In this document: positions 33,701-36,200 of the stretch, piece after piece
Layout of the letters: each line of letters begins with the position of its first letter
Position numbering within the stretch: position 1 is the stretch's first letter
Origin: Psammoneis japonica
Lineage: Eukaryota
Assembly: GCA_008632985.1 (NCBI GenBank)
Contig: QPGO01000108.1
Span: forward strand, 238,476-274,675
Reading direction: 5' to 3'
DNA: 36,200 nt
Position numbers and translations under genes: made by a program
The notes under the pieces: generated by a model
What the model saw: the letters and a program-made list of their open reading frames with translations, nothing else
The model's database searches: none
What the model was told of the DNA's origin: nothing

Positions 33701-36200
33701 GGAGTTTTGGCCCAGTGATAAACCACATTGTTCAAGTGGAAGTCTGCACCCCTGTCTACGATTTGGTATTCACACGACATCCTCGCAATGTCGGCGCAAC
33801 GCCTTTCTTGCGTCGCAAATCTCATTCTTTCAATCTGATACATGTTATTTGTCACAGCATCGGTGAACTTGTCGGGTTTTTCGCAACACGCTGATGTCGC
33901 AATGGGTAGTAAGGGATTTCCACAAATGGCACGCTCGCTATCTCTTCTCAAGTTTAGCTTCATTGCATTATCAAAAAACGAGAACTGGACACAAGGAGGC
34001 TGGAGATACTCATAGAAGACGTTGCCAACTTGTACGACACGCACCGTGTCGACTTCACATTCCAGTTTGTTGCACGGTAGATTGGAGTCGAGTGTCAACT
34101 CAACAGGAAAAGTACATTTCGCACCTTTTCTTTCACACAGACGTGAATACAGAGATGATTCATTGCTCTCTAGTCTGAATCTCTCCGTTAAGCGCGAATC
34201 GTCCGTCAATGACTCTGGAAGCGGCGAGGTACCAAGAAGTCTGTATTTGGCACCCTTTCTCAGGAACTGGCGCTCTGGCAAATCAACACACAATGGATAG
34301 CCATCACCTATGAATCCGTCGTATAAATCGGACTTTGGGAAGCGATCATGCCATTGTGGCTCGATCTTCATAGGGTCAATTCTGTTCTTTCCGTCACGAC
34401 TTTCAATGTTGCCCCGGATCTCTTGACGACGAAAACCCGTCCATACGCGAGACAAGGAACGAATGTCGGCATTGCTGTAGACGCGTTGCATGTTTCCGTT
34501 AGAGTCAAGCTTCGGTGTCCCGTCTTCATTCAGGAGTACTAACCCGGTCGTAAAGAGCTGCATAATTTCTCTGGCAAAGTTTTCGTCCGCAAACTCCACC
34601 CTATTGTACTTTTCTCTGACGTAGGCACTCGAGCGTGAATCCAAATACGAAAGATTTTCTCCTTGCATAGGACTGTAGCTTACTTCTCGAAGAATATCCA
34701 GGTAAGTCGCAAAGGCATTCCTCGCGAAGATGTCGTAATAGTTCACAAATGCTTCGGTGTTCCTATCGTGTACTGCAATCGCACCCTTGGCAATAGCAAA
34801 TATTTGCGACAGTGCCCACGCTGTGCGCTGTCGCAGTTGGTCATCAGAATACAATGCAATCATAGTCCATGTTATTTCCCTTTGTCTTCCAAGATCGAAT
34901 CTTGTTGTGGTGTCTCTCGGGATAAAGTTTGTTAAGTCAAAGTTAGAGACTTTCGTGGGGCTATTTTTGACCTCTCCTGGGCTCCCACAAACAACTACCG
35001 CGCCCTTTCGCTTCTTCCTTTCCCCAAAGTGATCCATAACCTGTTCAAGTCTGAGCTCATTGTGTAGGTCCCGGTAGTCAATTGTATCGCCGAACCGACC
35101 AACATAATCGAACTTCAAATGGTGAGAGTCCCATCGACTCGCATCATGGTTAAAACTAGGGTCAGATGGGTGTGTGCTTGGGTATGCGAGGAAATGGTTC
35201 CCATTGTCGAGAAACTTTTTTATTGGGTGGGGATGGTTCATGGAGGCAGCATATTGATTCCCAGGGTGCGTGTCGGGGCGAGTCCTAAAAATACACGAAG
35301 AGCACGCACAAATGAGACGGATGCAACAAAAACGAAAATTCAAGACAGCTACAACATTCTCACCAATACGTTAAATCCCAGACACCCATGTGATCGGGAT
35401 GAACGTGCTTCCAACAAATGCCTCCAACTTCGATCTCGATTTCCATATCGTTCTTATCCGCGCGATCGCATGTCATTCCTCCCTTGAACACGACGTCCCG
35501 TAGTAATGGATTTGTGTCCTTCGAGCTTGAAAGCATAACAGTGAGGGTATCTATTGTCTTTGGATGTAGTCTGGACTGCGAGCTGCAACCACTTCCTGGC
35601 TGTTTCTCCCAACGACTACGAACTCCTTTTGTACAGGGATGCTTAACTTCGTCCCCCAATCGCAGTCCTTTCATTCCATAGACATACCGCCCGGTCAGTT
35701 CATGTAACTTAAGAATAGTCGTGCTGTTTAGCTCGATGCTAATATCTGGCGTCGTTTCGGGCCCGCAGACAGCGTCTTGCAAAGAAAGAAGGCACATTTC
35801 CCGATTCACAAAGGTTCTAGGGGCGTTCGCGCAGAGTGTCTCGCCGCCAGTCGCAGCACTAACCGCCCCTCCGCCATCTCGAACGGGAGCTTCTAAGGTA
35901 TTTCTCGCGAGGGAGAGCCGTGGGTCCCATTGAACCCAGCCAATATTTGGGTTTGGGTGCGCGGCAAACACCGGTGCATCAAAATCTTCCGATTGTTCGG
36001 GAAGGCGGTCACAGAGGCCGTCGCGTAACTCATCTCGGAGAATGAACATGTCCCCGTTACCTTCCATGTCCTTCCATTTCTCAATGGGTGTTAGGGGATC
36101 GGATGCAGAAAGCTGAAATATCTTGTTTCCTGCGAGGCTGGAATAATCCGCAAAATCAACCGAAGGATTACCTGTGTTCAGTTTTTCACACGAGCCGTTA
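30776..36200 (-). CDS. Large DUF1800 + DUF1501 fusion protein, 5' end outside the window; introns 35285-35363, 32558-32643, 31226-31309
   Basis: DUF1800-like DQLRQRTAWALSQIF, DENFAREIMQLFTTGL, HPNTAPFVCTRLIQRF..SNPSPRYV, REPLL. DUF1501-like FAGGCDSFN, QLFAHN, GGFDLH, SDFARTLSPN..GTDHAWGG. Three GT-AG introns join the ORFs in frame. Confidence 0.88.

Overview
Eukaryotic, gene-dense DNA with short GT-AG introns; the gene set and style suggest a diatom or other stramenopile. Host genes: SDR oxidoreductase, DNA topoisomerase IB, METTL21-like methyltransferase, NXPE/PC-esterase-like protein, bromodomain protein, STN1-like OB-fold gene, senescence/spartin-domain protein, several membrane proteins and a large DUF1800-DUF1501 fusion. 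The centre holds a complete but decayed Ngaro-type tyrosine-recombinase retrotransposon (12843-22634; A1-gag-RT/RNaseH-YR-B1-A2-B2). Its B2 repeat is split by a nested ~1.33-kb DNA transposon inserted at TTAA. The most striking signal is a repeat-restricted, strand-symmetric TpA->TpG/CpA hypermutation, roughly the reverse of fungal RIP. It is directly visible by comparing repeat copies, appears to have removed the catalytic Tyr of the recombinase, and also marks two other TE-like islands (~10.15-11.6 kb, ~27.95-29.4 kb). Several host genes carry single-base frameshifts that are probably assembly errors.
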